From the NCBI GenBank assembly GCA_023231475.1, contig JALJEE010000699.1, positions 1 to 64,000 on the forward strand: a stretch of 64,000 nt of DNA, in the 5' to 3' direction. The position numbers and the translations under genes are program-made. The DNA comes from Seison nebaliae. Lineage: Eukaryota. The notes beneath the pieces are model-generated. The model was not told the origin of the DNA. It ran no database searches and worked only from the letters and a program-made list of their open reading frames with translations. Below, in pieces: positions 24,032-38,487 of the stretch (position 1 is the first letter of the stretch; each line of letters begins with the position of its first letter).

Positions 24032-27000
24032 ATATTTGTACAATGATATTTCGTCCATTTCTAATGAACGTTTATTTACAATAAATAAATTTTTTTTAAA
24101 AATTTTTTTTAATAAAACTTAAAAAGAAATCTTCTACTTACTTATTATTAGTTGAGTCAGATAATTAGAAATTGGTAGTGAATGTTTATTAGCTTTTAAT
24201 TATATGACTAATACGACAATGGAGGAACAAAGGAGGAAGTTTGATTTTTTCGATTGGGTAATAACATGCGAAAATGTTTGCGGAGACATGATTCTAGTGA
24301 ATGATTATATCTACTACTTTCTATTAGGTATTAGGATATAGTAAAGACATTCGCCCATTTGACAAGCGTGACATGTTAAATGACTTTGTAAGTTTCCGAT
24401 TGATATTCGGAATAAGTTAACCTACTTCTTGTGCAGAAGAATGATTTGCACTGAATAAATAGATGAATTGGATATAATTCATTGTAAGGAGAAGAGACGT
24501 GTAGGGAAAGTGATGTCAAATAAATAGATTCCGAGAGAAATTCTTGTAGAAGTTTGACGTATTCCATGATCGAGGTGTAGTTGGCCGAGAGGATTCATTG
24601 TTCTTCGATGAATTTTTAAAAGAAAGTGATAAATGGAATGAATGGGAAGGATGGATGGAAATGATTGACAATTTGACAAAGGAAGGAAATGCTCCGAACT
24701 TGTTCCATGTGAATATACCGGAAAGAATAGAGTAGAGCAATTGAGGATGGTGACGGAAGACGGAAATAATATTGAATGTTGAAGAGTGGATGGAATAAGA
24801 AGAAAATTATAGATTTCCTAAATAGAAACCGAATAAGATGGTATAATAAGAAGTGATGTCGTCGCTTGTAGAAAAGTTTAATAAAATATTAGAGTATATC
24901 CTGTTTAATTTATTCATAAAATGTTATTGGTCTTCCCATTGTATGGTGCAACCACAACAAATAAATATATCGATCAATCGTCGTTCCTTTTACACTTATT
25001 TTCATTAAGATTTTTCTTTTCATATTCGTTTCTCGCAGTTTTCTCGAAAAATGTCAAAATATTTTAAGCAACAAACTTTCCTTTCTGGAACTTTCTCTAA
25101 ACCTTCTCTCTCTCTCTCTCTCTCTTTCTTTTTTTATGGAGATATCCCAAATTATTCGTAAGCGAGAATGTTGGCGAGAAAAGTCATTTGGTGATGATGG
25201 CGATCTTATTAGAAGAATAACAAAGATTAAAGTAGAGAAGAAGTTCGAAAGAGAAAATGCTCATTTGGTAAAGTAGGCATTTTATAAATATGATTGGAAA
25301 TTGGATAACTTTCTTTCTTTCTCTAAACAAATGGACAGGAATCGGTGGTATACGCCAAAAAAAGATACGGAAGTTTGCTATACATCACAGAAAGGAGAAT
25401 ATCAGTGAATTTCTAATAAGAATTTATTTGTATTTGTTATTAGGTGAATTAAAAGAGACCGTGCATTTATCATTTATTTATGATATTTATTGGAACTTCA
25501 ACGATCATTTGACGAGTTAGAAGACAAATTCATCTTAATCTTCTTTTTTCTTATTCTCCTCCATTATTCTCAGGAGGAAAGTCCATGTTACGTTAATGTT
25601 CCCAATTTTCGTTATTTATTCTAATTCTCCTCCCACCATAAACACCATTTGTCAAACGGGATAAAATTATCCGAATATTATTCGCCAATCCTACGATTTC
25701 CCTAAGATTCGTTACAATTTTCTTTTATTTTCCAACGAGACTTCATTTCGGATATAAAATATTGATCTTGTTATGGTGGAGGTGAGTGCTCAAGAAATCG
25801 ATAATATATTCTGAGTTGAATGATCGCCGACGGCTATCATGCTCATCGGATTGTTAATATATTTAGTTATTCTGATAAGATTTCTTCATTTTCTCATTGA
25901 TATAATTCACCAATTCTTCCATGTCCATTCATTCGTCTCATATAATTGATATATGATTTATGTTTTCATTAAAACTCTTTTTTCTATTTTAACTCGAATG
26001 TTGGAACGATTTGACGAGAAAAAACTAAAATTAACTTCTTGTATTTTCTATTCACTATTTACCTATTACTCTAAAAAGTCATTTGGATGAGTTGGATGAG
26101 AAAATGAAATTGGTTTAATAGAAGAATGATATAATTTAATTGAGATCATAAATAATATTATGTCAAATGAAAATTTTTATTAGATCGTCCATTTTGTTAT
26201 GTGGATTTGTTTACGACATTTTTGTGGGAATATGATAAATTATGAGAATGAATAGAAAAATAATTAGAGTAAGTGGAATGCATGAAATTGTTTCATTTCT
26301 ACTCGATGGGATGATTATCTATAATTTATGATGATGATAGAAGCATATTCGATTTCAATCGATTCATATATCTTTCTACTTCAAATTGTAACATATTAAT
26401 ATCTATATAAGCAATTCGAGTTGAGCGCAACAGTAAGAAAACAAATTGTATGGGGAACATGCTTCCTTTATTGACATGTATTGTCCATTTGATGAAACAT
26501 TATCATTCAATCTAAATTCTCAATAGAATTCATTGTATCAGCAGTTTCTGTTCGTGTTCCATTAATTTCCAATCAAATTATTATTCACTGTTTTTGATGT
26601 TTATTATCCTATAGAATAAAATTGTCTGATGGACTGGTCGTCACTATATTTTGTCTTCATCGGACTGGTCTTCATTGGAGAATCCAACTGAAATTATGAT
26701 AATAAGTTCTCACTCATCATAAACAGAGGTAAACTTTAGAGGGAAGATAACATATTGACAAGTCCCTTAACTTGTCCATAATCATCTGCTAAAAGTGCAT
26801 ATTCCTGACCAAAGTTAGATAGACACTTTGCATAATCATCGCATCTGTCATCATAAAATGAAATCTTTCTTCTCATCATTCTCTTACATACATATCACAG
26901 ATACCAGATGGATAGCGATAAGTCTGCATTGAATATCATGCATTCATTCATTGTTAAACATTCTCTCGAATTAGTTTCGCTTTCTTCCAACAATATAAAT

Positions 27001-30000
27001 ACAATTTCATTTTTCTTATCTATTCAATTCAATTCATTTCATTTCATTTCAAATTTTATTTCTTACGAATAACTAAATTTTCTTTTATTCGCCTTCGTTC
27101 TTTCTTTATTTCTCTCGAAGAAGATCAGTCAGGTTTTTTTTCAGCAAATAATTAAAAGTCTAAATCGAATTCTCTCATTCATAACAGTTGTAATAATCGT
27201 CGAGTTTCTATTTTGGAGAAAATTGCGTCATTCTTGATGTGTAGCAATTCACATATGTTATCAGAGTTCAAGTATTGAATGGATTCACATCGTTTGAGTG
27301 AAAATCATATTTGCTACTACTTCACATTCTTCTCAAATGAGTTGGGAAGAAGCATGGCAAGAAAAATGTGCAATTATTATAATAGAAATTATTGCTCTAC
27401 CCAAAAGAATTTTATGGTAAAAAATGAAAAGCACTCTCATCTTTCGATGGAAGCATTAAATTGCTCGATTATCCAAATTGGGAGATGAAGAAAATTTATT
27501 CACTTGACGAATATTCTTTTCAATGTTTCCCTTTTGAGAAGAGGAATGAGTTTTCGGTTGAGCATATTCTTCAATCAACATTTGTTGATTCTGATTGATT
27601 ATTGAGAGATGAGAATTGGGAAACTTGTGATGATTAGTGGATTAGATCCGAATAAATGAAGTACTAACAAGCCATTGAACAATCAATTTCATTAAATGAG
27701 TCCAATGAACCATCGCACGATTCTTCCTTTTCAATTCCAGAAGTGAAGATAGAAGTAAATGAGTTGAACGAAATCATTGAACATATAATCAATCATTGAC
27801 AATGCGGTGAAGCAAATGCGCACCAATACCACTTCATTCCTTCACATCACAATGTTTATTGTTGTCTCTCTCTCTCTCTTCAGTTAGACAGGTACGTCTC
27901 ATTTGATACATCATTTCCCATACCATCCATATTTATCGACTCTTCTTGGAGTTCCAAAGAATATTCCCGATTAGAAAACTCAACCAGATGGTGTTCATTT
28001 CTAATGTAACTTCATCTATTTCCGTAATTTGTTACTTATTAATTGACGATGTAGTCGAGTAATGTAGCGAAAAAAAAGAAGGAGGAGAATGCATAAAATT
28101 CTAATCAATTTACCCATCGAATTATTCCTGACATCTTCTATTCGAAAGACAAAACACCCACAAACCAAAACATGAACTATAAACATGAATATTAATAAAA
28201 TAATATTCAATTCCCCAAAATAATTAGAAACGAAGAGAAATGTATTCATTTCTCTCCTTCGTTTCTCAAAGCATCCTCGTCATCGACGTCATAAATACGA
28301 TTCTCATCAAAAATATATACCCATCATATTGGTAATACTGTTCACTGGTAATCGTTGTCGGTAACATTAGGAGACCCGACTAAATTCCGATATCTTTCAC
28401 ACACACACACATACGCACATACCATGTTGATGGGAAGTAATTGTACCTTTTGATAAGAATGCAATGCATATGGATCAACATAATGATTCAGAAATGAAAG
28501 ACAGAATGCTTCAATTCCCATTTTGAATGTAATAAAATAATGAATCCTTTACCCTTATTACAGTTACTTTTTCGCCATCAAACACTTGTAAGATGAGTGA
28601 AGTATGATTCGATGGAATGAGAAATTCCGTTTTATTTATTTAATGATCTTTTCCTTTTAATTCTTCTAAAATTAGAAAATTCTAATTTGAATTTTTCAAT
28701 TCATCATTTTCTATTTTTATTTCATGTAATTTTATTCATTTTAGAATTTCAAATTTTTTCCTTTCCCATAACTGAACTTTCGAATTTTCTATAACTAATT
28801 GTAGTATAAGCCAAAAGAACCACCAATTAAGAAAGCGTGGACGAAAGAGTTATGAGAAAAAAAATGTATGTTCTTCCCGTTTCCACCAGCGACCCTAACA
28901 AAGTGTGTTGGAGGACGAGAAAGAATTCGGATAGGAATCGAATAATTATAGGAATATAATATGGTAAGTGTTTTTTTCTAGTATTTCATCAGTTAACAAT
29001 TAGTGAAACATCTCAAATAAATTTTCATATTTTAATTATAGTTTCCCATTAGAAGTTGATTCAAGTGCATTGCGGAGAATTTGGAGAAATGGTTTCTTCG
29101 TTCCTTCACTTTCCCATGACCTTCTAAAATTCATATCAATTGGATCATGAGTCTATGTTCCCAAATGTTCAATTGAGACGGTTCGACAAGTTTCGTGATC
29201 ACTAATAAATCGAATTATTTTTTCGATTGAAGAAAGTTAATTGTAGAAACGAGTGAGTAGTTTGAGAGGAAATCGAACGAAATGTTCGAGAGAAAGAAGA
29301 ATTTGTGAGATTTCAATTTGAAGTTTTTATTATCGATGTCAATTTTCGAATGATAATGATAAATTTATTGAGAATACAATGGATTAAGTGAATGATGTGT
29401 GAAGTAGCGGAGGAATTTATTCCTTCGGACATTTATATTAAAAGTGAAGGTGTTAAATATTTACCATATTTCATTGATTATGATCGAGTACTGTATTTGG
29501 TACTTCTTATTAAGAAATTCCTTCATTTTGTTCAAACGGAAAATATGAAATTTTCTTAAATATATAAAGTCAACAATAGTAGTCGGTGGTTGGAGAAGTG
29601 AATAAAACTTTTCTCAATTTCAAATTGACAATTTCTTTCCTTTCACCCTTCTCTCACAGACAATACGTTTCTTTAACGCTTCCTTTTTCACTTTTTCATG
29701 AGACTAGTTCACCTGATTTGAACTGTTAACCAATTTATAGTTTCGTTTTTCTCATAATTGACATAATTATCTCATTAGCATTTTCATTCATTACGTAATG
29801 TATTTGGAATGAAATGAATATGAAGGAAATGTGTTGGAAGTTGATGTTTCATTAAAAATAGACGAATTGTCCCACTTTTAAACAAACACACTTCGTCCAC
29901 AACTTTCTTTGGAAGACAGATATAATTGTTTCTGTTTACCATCTGCATAAACTGCCGAAAATCTGTCAAATGATCAATTAAACCAAATAACACTCTTCTA

Positions 30001-33000
30001 TTCGATCAGTGGAAACTCAATCTATAATTATTCTGTTATATTTTCCCATTATTTCTACAAGTTTTCCTTTTCTTTATGTCAATTCGTCTACTTTTCTTCT
30101 TCTTCGTATGGTTCAATATTCATTTCCTTAATAGTTTTGATTCTTCCCTCGAACATTTTTTGTTTTGATAATTTCTATTGAAAAGTCTTTTGCGAAATGA
30201 GTCGCGGTGATAGGAGGAGAGACTTACGTGGAGATTTATTCGTCAATCGTTTCTAACTCATTTAATCTTTTTATTGAACAGAATTCTAAATGAGCTTGAG
30301 AGAGGAATTCAATTCAGTGGTTGAAGGAGAAATGTGAAGTGTAGTCGACTAGAAATGACCAATGGTCATTTATAAGCTCAAGAAAAAGAGGAACCGATGC
30401 GACTGAATAATGAAAATGTTCATGGATGCATCCTAATTATACGGTGGCATAGGGGAATTATCGATAACTAATTTCAATATTCTCTTCTTATATTGATGAA
30501 TTGGAAGCGGTGGACGTACAAGGCGAAAACAGTTTCATGAATATAACAGGATTATCTTATTAATATTCGCACTCTTTCTTCTTCTTCTTGTCCTCAGCCC
30601 AAAAAAAAAGGAAAGAAACCCACAAATCTGCTTATGTTACGGATTATATTTTTGTTATTCTTTCAATGTAATTTATTATTTATTTGTTCTTCTTTCCGCT
30701 TCCTCCTTTCACAATTCTATTGTTCGCCCATTACTTCGACAACCCACCAAATACCATGAACATACATATTGATCGTTCTACTTATTGTTGTTATAGGGAG
30801 GAGGAATGGCAGAAACTTACCCACCAAAACCCCAACTACAAATGATTGTAGTATGTGTGACACCTGTTTGATTAATGTAAACATCCGTTACTCAATTTCA
30901 AATATTTTTCCCATAGGAAAATTTTTTATTTTCCCATTCTCTTCGTTCTTCCCTCGTAACACACTTACAAGTAATTCCCTAATGTCTCTTCATTGAGTCT
31001 TCAAAAACAACAAATTTCATTTTAGAACCTTTCTTCAAAAACTTAAATTAAATTGAATTATGCGGAAAAAATTTTAATGAGAAAATCGAGCACCTTACAT
31101 TAAATATCAGTAAATCAAAATGTCAAGAGAAACTTTCTCATTAAATTCAGTAAATCTTGAGAAAGTTATTGACAGAAACATTTTCACCAATATCGATAAG
31201 TAACTGTTTTATCATTCAAACCTTATACAAACAGGAAAGAATGACAATGACACCACTGACAACAAAATGCGATTTAATCGAAAAGAAAAACCACTTTTGC
31301 CCCTAATAAATCATTCGATTGTTAAATAGTTTTATTCATTTACCTCTTCATTCACTTTCATTTTTTTGACTTCTTTCTCCACTCACGACCTTTCTCCCTA
31401 AGAAATATTCTCGTTAATCTAATGCTTTTATAGTCTGTTTATAAATAAATTCATTTCTCCATCTTTTCCAACTGAAGTTTTGATGAGAACTCGTTGTTAC
31501 GGTCATCACGCTTCTCATGACAGTACAAGTCATTTTGACGATAAATTATTGCCGTTTTGCATGCCAATTACGGTGAAAAAGTATATTATGTTCCATACAA
31601 ATGAAACCGTTCCTACTAATCCTTTATTGTCGAATTAACGATTTCCCATTTCCTTCATTCTCTTCCCGAATATTATAATCATCCGGCTAATAATGTTTAA
31701 TGATAATTTCTATTGTTTTTTTGAAGAGATTCAAACAAAAATCTTCTACGGACTAATATGTCGGTTTTAGGTCTATGGAATTTCATGAAAGAAAACTTTG
31801 TCGAAATATAAGTAATCTGTCAAAAACTGTAAGTAAAAGTTCTTTTTTAATCGATTCATTCTCATCAGGAGAGAATTGATAATAAAATCACCAATATAAT
31901 GGTTCGCTCTCACTCGAACTATTTCAAACAAAAGACATAGAATTAGAATATTTCTCATATTATTGATATAGTTTGTTTCTAAAGGAATATGTAAATAAGC
32001 ACGTAATTGACAATGACTAACAACATGTGAATACCACCAGAATGCTACAGGAACCCTCCTTCGAAAAATCGAAGAAGAACCAGAGAAATTTCTTTTCCTC
32101 AAGAGAGGAACGACATCAGATTAATTAATACCAGAATGAAACTCTGTTGGGCGAGTAACGACAACCATCAATAATTCTTTAAAACTTCTGATTTCTTCTT
32201 ACTAATTTCACCATTTTTTTATAGTTTTCTCCATTATCAGATGTAAATGTTGAAAGTCATTAAACCATGTAATAAATCGTCTTTATCTTTTTATTAAAAT
32301 GTTTTTTTCTATTTTTCCCGAATAATTCCTATTCTGAACGATTTCTAGTCGTTTAGAAGAATTCGAGAAAATCGGAGATTGCATAAGAAGAAATTTTTGA
32401 CGTAGAAATCATATTTTAATTAATTATTCAAATTTTAATAAATATTAATTGAGAGAATAATGGAGGAGAGAAATAAATGATATTTGGAAGGATATTGCTG
32501 GTTTGTTTTCTCTTGTTTCTTATGAATAATCGAAGAATGAGGGGAGTATTCTAGTTAAACAAATCATAATTCCGATAAATAATGTACGTTCAATTTGAAT
32601 TTGAAAATATAATTAACTTGGGTAAGAGAGAAGAGGTAAAGAAAGACACAATAGGTAGTTATAGACTAAATCGATTTAGAACCTTAATGGCTTTCCTTAA
32701 TTTATTCATAAAAGCTCGTCGAAGTGGAGCGTCGTTTCTGTTAGTTTATTAGAAGTACAGCACGAAAAAGATGAAACAAATAGATTAATTCATTCGACAT
32801 TGAATTCTCCAATACGATTTAAATAATTTGAAGAAATATGGTGATTTTTTATCGTCGAAACAAAAAGGAGGGGTCGATGAACGGAGAATATATTAGAAGT
32901 AATGCGCGACATCCATTAACGCATTCATCCGTCTCTTCGCCAATGTATCATTGACCACTCTTCAAACCGTCGAAGTGACAATTATGCATTAACGTCATTT

Positions 33001-34475
33001 GCAGTTTTATCTATATTCTTATCTCAATGAACTCGACTAAATCGATATTGTTTTATGTGAATCGGAATATTTTTCATTTCAAATAAATTCGACAGATAAA
33101 ACTGGGAGAATTGTATATCTTTTGTAAATCGATACGGATCATTCTGATTCTCATCATCTCCTCTCATTTTATGTCAAAAAGAAAAAAAATGATGAGAGTT
33201 TCATTAAACTAATATCATTCGTTAATTTCTCATTTCTCATTGAAGTTAAATTGTTAAATCATATTAAACATGATCAAATGTTGTGACGACCTTGTCTATT
33301 GCCGTTTTTCTTGGATTTTCTTTACAGATATGTTTGTGCACTTCTTTCCCGTTCATCTCGAATTGGCTGAAGCATAAACACTATTCCTTCTCCCCATCTA
33401 CAAATGAAACAGCGCTGGTTTCCTTTTGTCGTTAATGAGTCGTCAATGCCATCCTCCGCACAATGTCATTTCCACATTTTTTTGTTTTACATTTTTCGTG
33501 TGGCAGAACACTGTCATTATATGATTCCTCATTATTTTTCATGCATCATTTCAATGGAAGAAAGTTTGACGATTACTTTCCTATTATCTTTTCTCTCTTT
33601 TTTTTTTAATTTTTCCCAAACTATTTATCATTTCGTTGCACATTATCAGATGATTGTGAAGGTATCTAATCATATGTCTCATCTAATGTTACGCATCAAA
33701 CAATAATATCAATACAACGATGTCGTTCTTACATAAGTCAAGAGAATGATAAGAGAAATGATTTTTGATTATTCTTTCTTAATTTCATCGATAAATCCAA
33801 TAATTCGATTTGTACAAAAAAAAGAACTTCGTTAACGGCAATATCATTTAGAAATTATATTTAAATACTTTATTTACATTCTTCACATTTGAATTTCGTC
33901 TCTCTTAAAAATCTTCTTCCATTTCTCATTCGATTCAGTTTTGAGAGCGGACACCACATTCTTTCAACAAACCCATCACTCTCACCTCTCCCGTCATCTC
34001 CACGAGGATATAACGAATCGTTGGACTATGAGAGAGTGTTTGGCGTTGTCATGATGGCCGGTGTCCAGTTTGATGGTGTTGATCGATCTTTCAATTTAGT
34101 TACCATAATATTCATATTCCAATGAATTTTTTTAACACTTTTAATGTGAAGACGAGTGCGAATTTCTTCTCTTACGATAATCAACATAAATGGGAAAATA
34201 GTGCGAAGTTCATCATCAACTTTCTCCCCCCAAACACTTTCTTCCATTATTTCGATAGTTTTCTCATATTCCTTCGTGGTTTTCACAAAGATCATTCTCT
34301 TTCTCTCTTTCCACTTTTCAATTATTCATTCGAGTCAATTTTTATTTTAAAAAAAAAGAAATAGATTTTCTTTAGTAGAATGTGAATAAATTATTATTAG
34401 TGTGACAATAATCTTCGAACGAGACGGATTGACAACACGGAAATTTTGAGAAGAAGCATGAGCATGTGAATAAAA

Positions 34476-36824
34476 ATGATAAGAGTATCTTCAATAATTG
34501 ATTTCTTCCGAACAAATCAAAAAAGAAATTTCCCATCAATCTTCATCTATTTCCTTCTAATCTTTCTCCCAATTGTTCTCACTGACGAAAAGAAAGAAAA
34601 GCGAATCATAACGGTGAATGTCCACGTGAATTCGGATGCTCTTCTCCGGTGCCATGTATCTGATTTTGGTGAGAATGCTCTCCTCTCCGATAAGATGATG
34701 ATGATGATGAAACGGAATAATGGAAAGAAGAAGAAGCAATATGTGAGTTGGTTGAAGAAGAAGAAGGAGAATTCCGACGATGGTACATATCCTTCCATCA
34801 TTTCTCTCAATTCTCGAATATTTCGAACACCTCTCTCATCCATCGCATTAGAACGATATAATGACAATGATATGTTGTATGAAGATAATTATGAAGAGAA
34901 TATCTTCGAATTTGAGAAAACGATGGATCTCCATTCCAACACTTCATCCCGCCATCAAAATTATCAGAAAGAAATGAACAACGAGAAGATTGTGGGGAAA
35001 ATATTGAAAGATGTGATCATTCGGGAAGAAAGTAATAATTATTTCGATAAACATACCTCTCAAAATAAACGAATGAACATTCGGAACGACTATGTCGGAG
35101 AATGGAATTTAAATATCAACAACATTCAAGAAGAAGATGCTGGAACATATGATTGTTTCTTCCAATCCTTCACTTCTGATTATCTAACTTTACATCGACA
35201 ATTATTAACAACCATCCACCTCAATGTCATGCGTTAGTGTTCTTTATTAAAATCATTGTCAAATTCCAAAAAAAATTATAACAATTAAAATAAAATTTTT
35301 GGGGGAGAATCGTAAAAAATTAAAAAAAAATTCTTATTTTGAAAAACTTTAAAAACATAAAACAAATTCCCAATTTCAAAACTATAAATTATTTTTCCTC
35401 ATTTTCAGTACCACCAAGATTTCAGGAATTACCTAAAATTCATTTGATAAATTCCCCATTAATTGCATTATATCAGAATGACGTAAATCTGAACTATGTG
35501 GAAGAAGGAACATTATCCAATTCGTTTTTATACGTCGATGTTATGGAAGGTGACGAAATTGAATTAATCTGCAATTTCACCGGTTCACCAAAAACAAAAA
35601 TAAAATGGTATAAAAGTCATTTCACTTTCAACGAACGACCAAGTGGTTTAATGAATTCCCAACATAAATTAAAAGAGATTATGTGGAAAAGAAGTTTGAA
35701 TATTCCTCTCATCTTCTAAAACTTCATATATTCTTTAGTGCCGAAAGAAAATGGGAAAATTTTAAAATTATCATCCATCAATCGAAACTCTAATTCTGCA
35801 TATAAATGTCATGGAAGTAATTCGGTACCGCCATCGATGGAATACGTATTTTTTCTCAATATTCAAAGTTTGAAAATTCAAAATATTTTCCTTCAAATTT
35901 TTTTTAAGTTTTGATGAAAATTTCAACGAATCAACCCAAAATTTCAACTAAACTCAAGTCCGATATCACTCTTTCATGTATGACGATTGGATATCCAATC
36001 GACATCATTTCATGGCATCATATTTCAAATGAAAATGATGGAAGAGTTCGAGACAAGTTGCCTAACGTGGAAGATTATCATTCTAATCGATACAAGACAA
36101 TTTCCTTATTGAAAGTGAAAGTTGGAAGTTTTATCAGATTTCTTTTCATTTATATCTCTCTCGAACACTTTTGAAGAAAGTGAAAAAGAATGATTTTGGG
36201 AAATATGTGTGTAGTGCAATTCAGAATTTCCGACATCTTCTATTTGGGCAAGAAGAGAAGTTGAGAGAAAAAGAACAATCGATAATTCTATATGAAGAAC
36301 TTTTCCTAAAAAATTTCAATAATTTTCATTCATCCAAAATTGAAAAAGTTCTTCCTATGACAACTTCATCTACTCCAAACTACAATTCCAACAATAATCG
36401 ATATATTAAATTTTCTGACACGAAACGTCATCGTCCAAACATTTCGGCTGTTTATCCGTTAGTGAAATCGCATTCATTGAATGCGTATCATTTACAGAAG
36501 AATGTGAAAAGTGTCAATCTCCATCAGAAGAGAAAAAAAGCACGATTATATAATATCAGGAAATTACAGAATCGATATATTCATTCATCCATCTTCAAGA
36601 ATTATCACAAGTCTCAACCCAAATCTCAATACATGAATCAAATTCCTTTTTCGATGAAGAAGAGACATAATTCGTTGAGGAAGGAACAACAATATCGATC
36701 ATCATTCGCTAAACATTACGGGACATTAACGAATAATCAGAATAATGTTAATGATTTGACAAATCAGAAAACTCTCCACATTTCCCTCATCATCACTCAT
36801 TTGGTATGTTGGTTGATAAATTGA
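34476..36824 (+). CDS. Lachesin/DIP/IgLON-like cell-adhesion protein: signal peptide, 3 Ig domains, basic stalk, hydrophobic C-terminal (GPI-like) tail
   Basis: Exons 34476-35232, 35409-35693, 35739-35867, 35909-36120, 36177-36824. Ig motifs LRC..VSW..WNLNINNIQEEDAGTYDC; LICNFTGSP..IKW..AYKCHGSNSVPPS; LSC..GYP..ISW..NDFGKYVC. Ends LHISLIITHLVCWLIN. Confidence 0.85.
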
Positions 36825-37379
36825 TAAAAAATGTTCTCATTCCATTTCTCATCAGCCCAATTACATTCTACAGTATTCTTTTTTTTTCGTTTTCATGAAG
36901 TTTATATTTAACTCTTATCTCGTACATTTTCTTTGTGACTCCTCTCCAAATTTATTCGAATCATTTCGATGTTATTTAATATAATTTCTGCTCATTCTCA
37001 TTCTTCAAACAATCATTAATTTTCATATAATTAAAATTTATTTAATATCCTTCCAAACGGCTCGAAGACTATTTCCAGAAAAGGTTTTTTTATATTTCTC
37101 TCTCGATCGGAGAAAGAAAAAAAATAAATTCAAATATCTTATATTTGATGTTAGATTTATCATAAAAAAGTGATGGAGGAGGAGAATATATTGATTGGAG
37201 AAAGTAGAATTCCAAGTGATGGGATTGAAAACGTAAGTGATGGAACGTATCAAAAAAAAATGGTTTCCCTTAAATAATCGCCTTCTATTTGATCTATTCT
37301 CTCTTTTTCCACTCATTAGCATCGATGGTGTAGATAAAACGAAAGATGGAAAATGTTCATTTTCTTCCAAAATAAATCG

Positions 37380-38487
37380 TCATTTTCTACACTTCTTCCA
37401 ACGAAATCCCCCACATGCTGCCGAAACGATAAAGTATATGGCGAGCTGTCGAGAGAATTATGAGAATATGACGATCAAATTTTTATCTAACGATAATAAT
37501 GGCCAAGTAGATTAGATATAATTTCGCATTACTCCACCATGTTCGTCTTTTCACAACCACAGGAGGAGGTTCAACCTGTTCAGTCTTCCGATATTCCGAT
37601 GGGAGAACAAAATGAAAAAAAGTGACAGAACTGTCTAACATTAGTATTAAACTCATCGACTGGACTTGTGAAGTCCGCTAAATGTTGACCTCTAGCTAAT
37701 AGTTCATCTGAAAAAGAATAAGAAAGACATTGATAACAGTAAATATTCAACTGATGTTCAATGTCATGATTGCTTTCACTTCCTCGATCTTATCCAACAA
37801 CTTGTCAGTTGATGGTACGGAACTATTACCGATGTTTGTACAACTGATATTCAAGTCATCTTTCGTATATTGATTCTTGAGAATTTTAAATTTGAATGAA
37901 ATTATTATAGAATAATAATTGATTAAAATAATAAATATAATAAAGAACTAAACGACGGTGAGACTGAGGATTCGAGAGAATTCGGATTGGATAACGAATT
38001 CTAATGACGCATCCGGATCCGTTCCATATTCGTTAAAGAATTTTTCTTGGACTTCTTTCAAAAATAAATAAGCTTTCAAATTCTTTAAGGATATATTCTG
38101 CAATATGAAATTAAAATAATTATAAATTTAGATGAGAAATCAGAAGAAAACTTTCATTGTTATACAAAGGAAAATGAAATTCTTGGAATTTAATGAATGT
38201 ATGGAATAACTGAAAGAGAGATAATCAATTCGAATCTATCAGAAATCCAACTTGCCATGTGTAACAGTCAAACGTCGATCCGTCTTAGTTGATTGGGGAT
38301 AAATTTGGAGTAAACCAGAAACGACATGAGTGAAATTTCCGGGACAAGTCGCCGATTTAGCCACAATTCGTCTTAGACAACAAACGGCACTGTAAAGAAT
38401 AGTTGAACCAGCTTCTCGTTGATTCGTTGATTGATATTCACTCCTCTCCTCATCTAACAATGGACAAGTTGGATCGTTGTCTATCAT
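37380..38487 (-). CDS. VAMP7: VAMP7-like longin R-SNARE
   Basis: Exons 38252-38487, 38152-38209, 37954-38097, 37752-37875, 37640-37707, 37492-37584, 37380-37445. Longin ILYSAV..IVAKSATCPGNF..LTVTHGNY..FLCIT..SEFSRIL; SNARE IEEVKAIMTLNINELLARG; TM helix; C-terminus CGGFRWKKC typical of VAMP7. Confidence 0.92.

Noticed and set aside
28333..28357. TAATACTG.. miR-8/200-like seed
   Set aside because: No complementary 5' arm upstream.
24100..34400. Short ORFs in the 10-kb stretch upstream of the Ig gene, including an open minus frame at 24479-24818
   Set aside because: No recognisable domains or consistent exon chains; treated as intergenic/regulatory, although small exons cannot be excluded.
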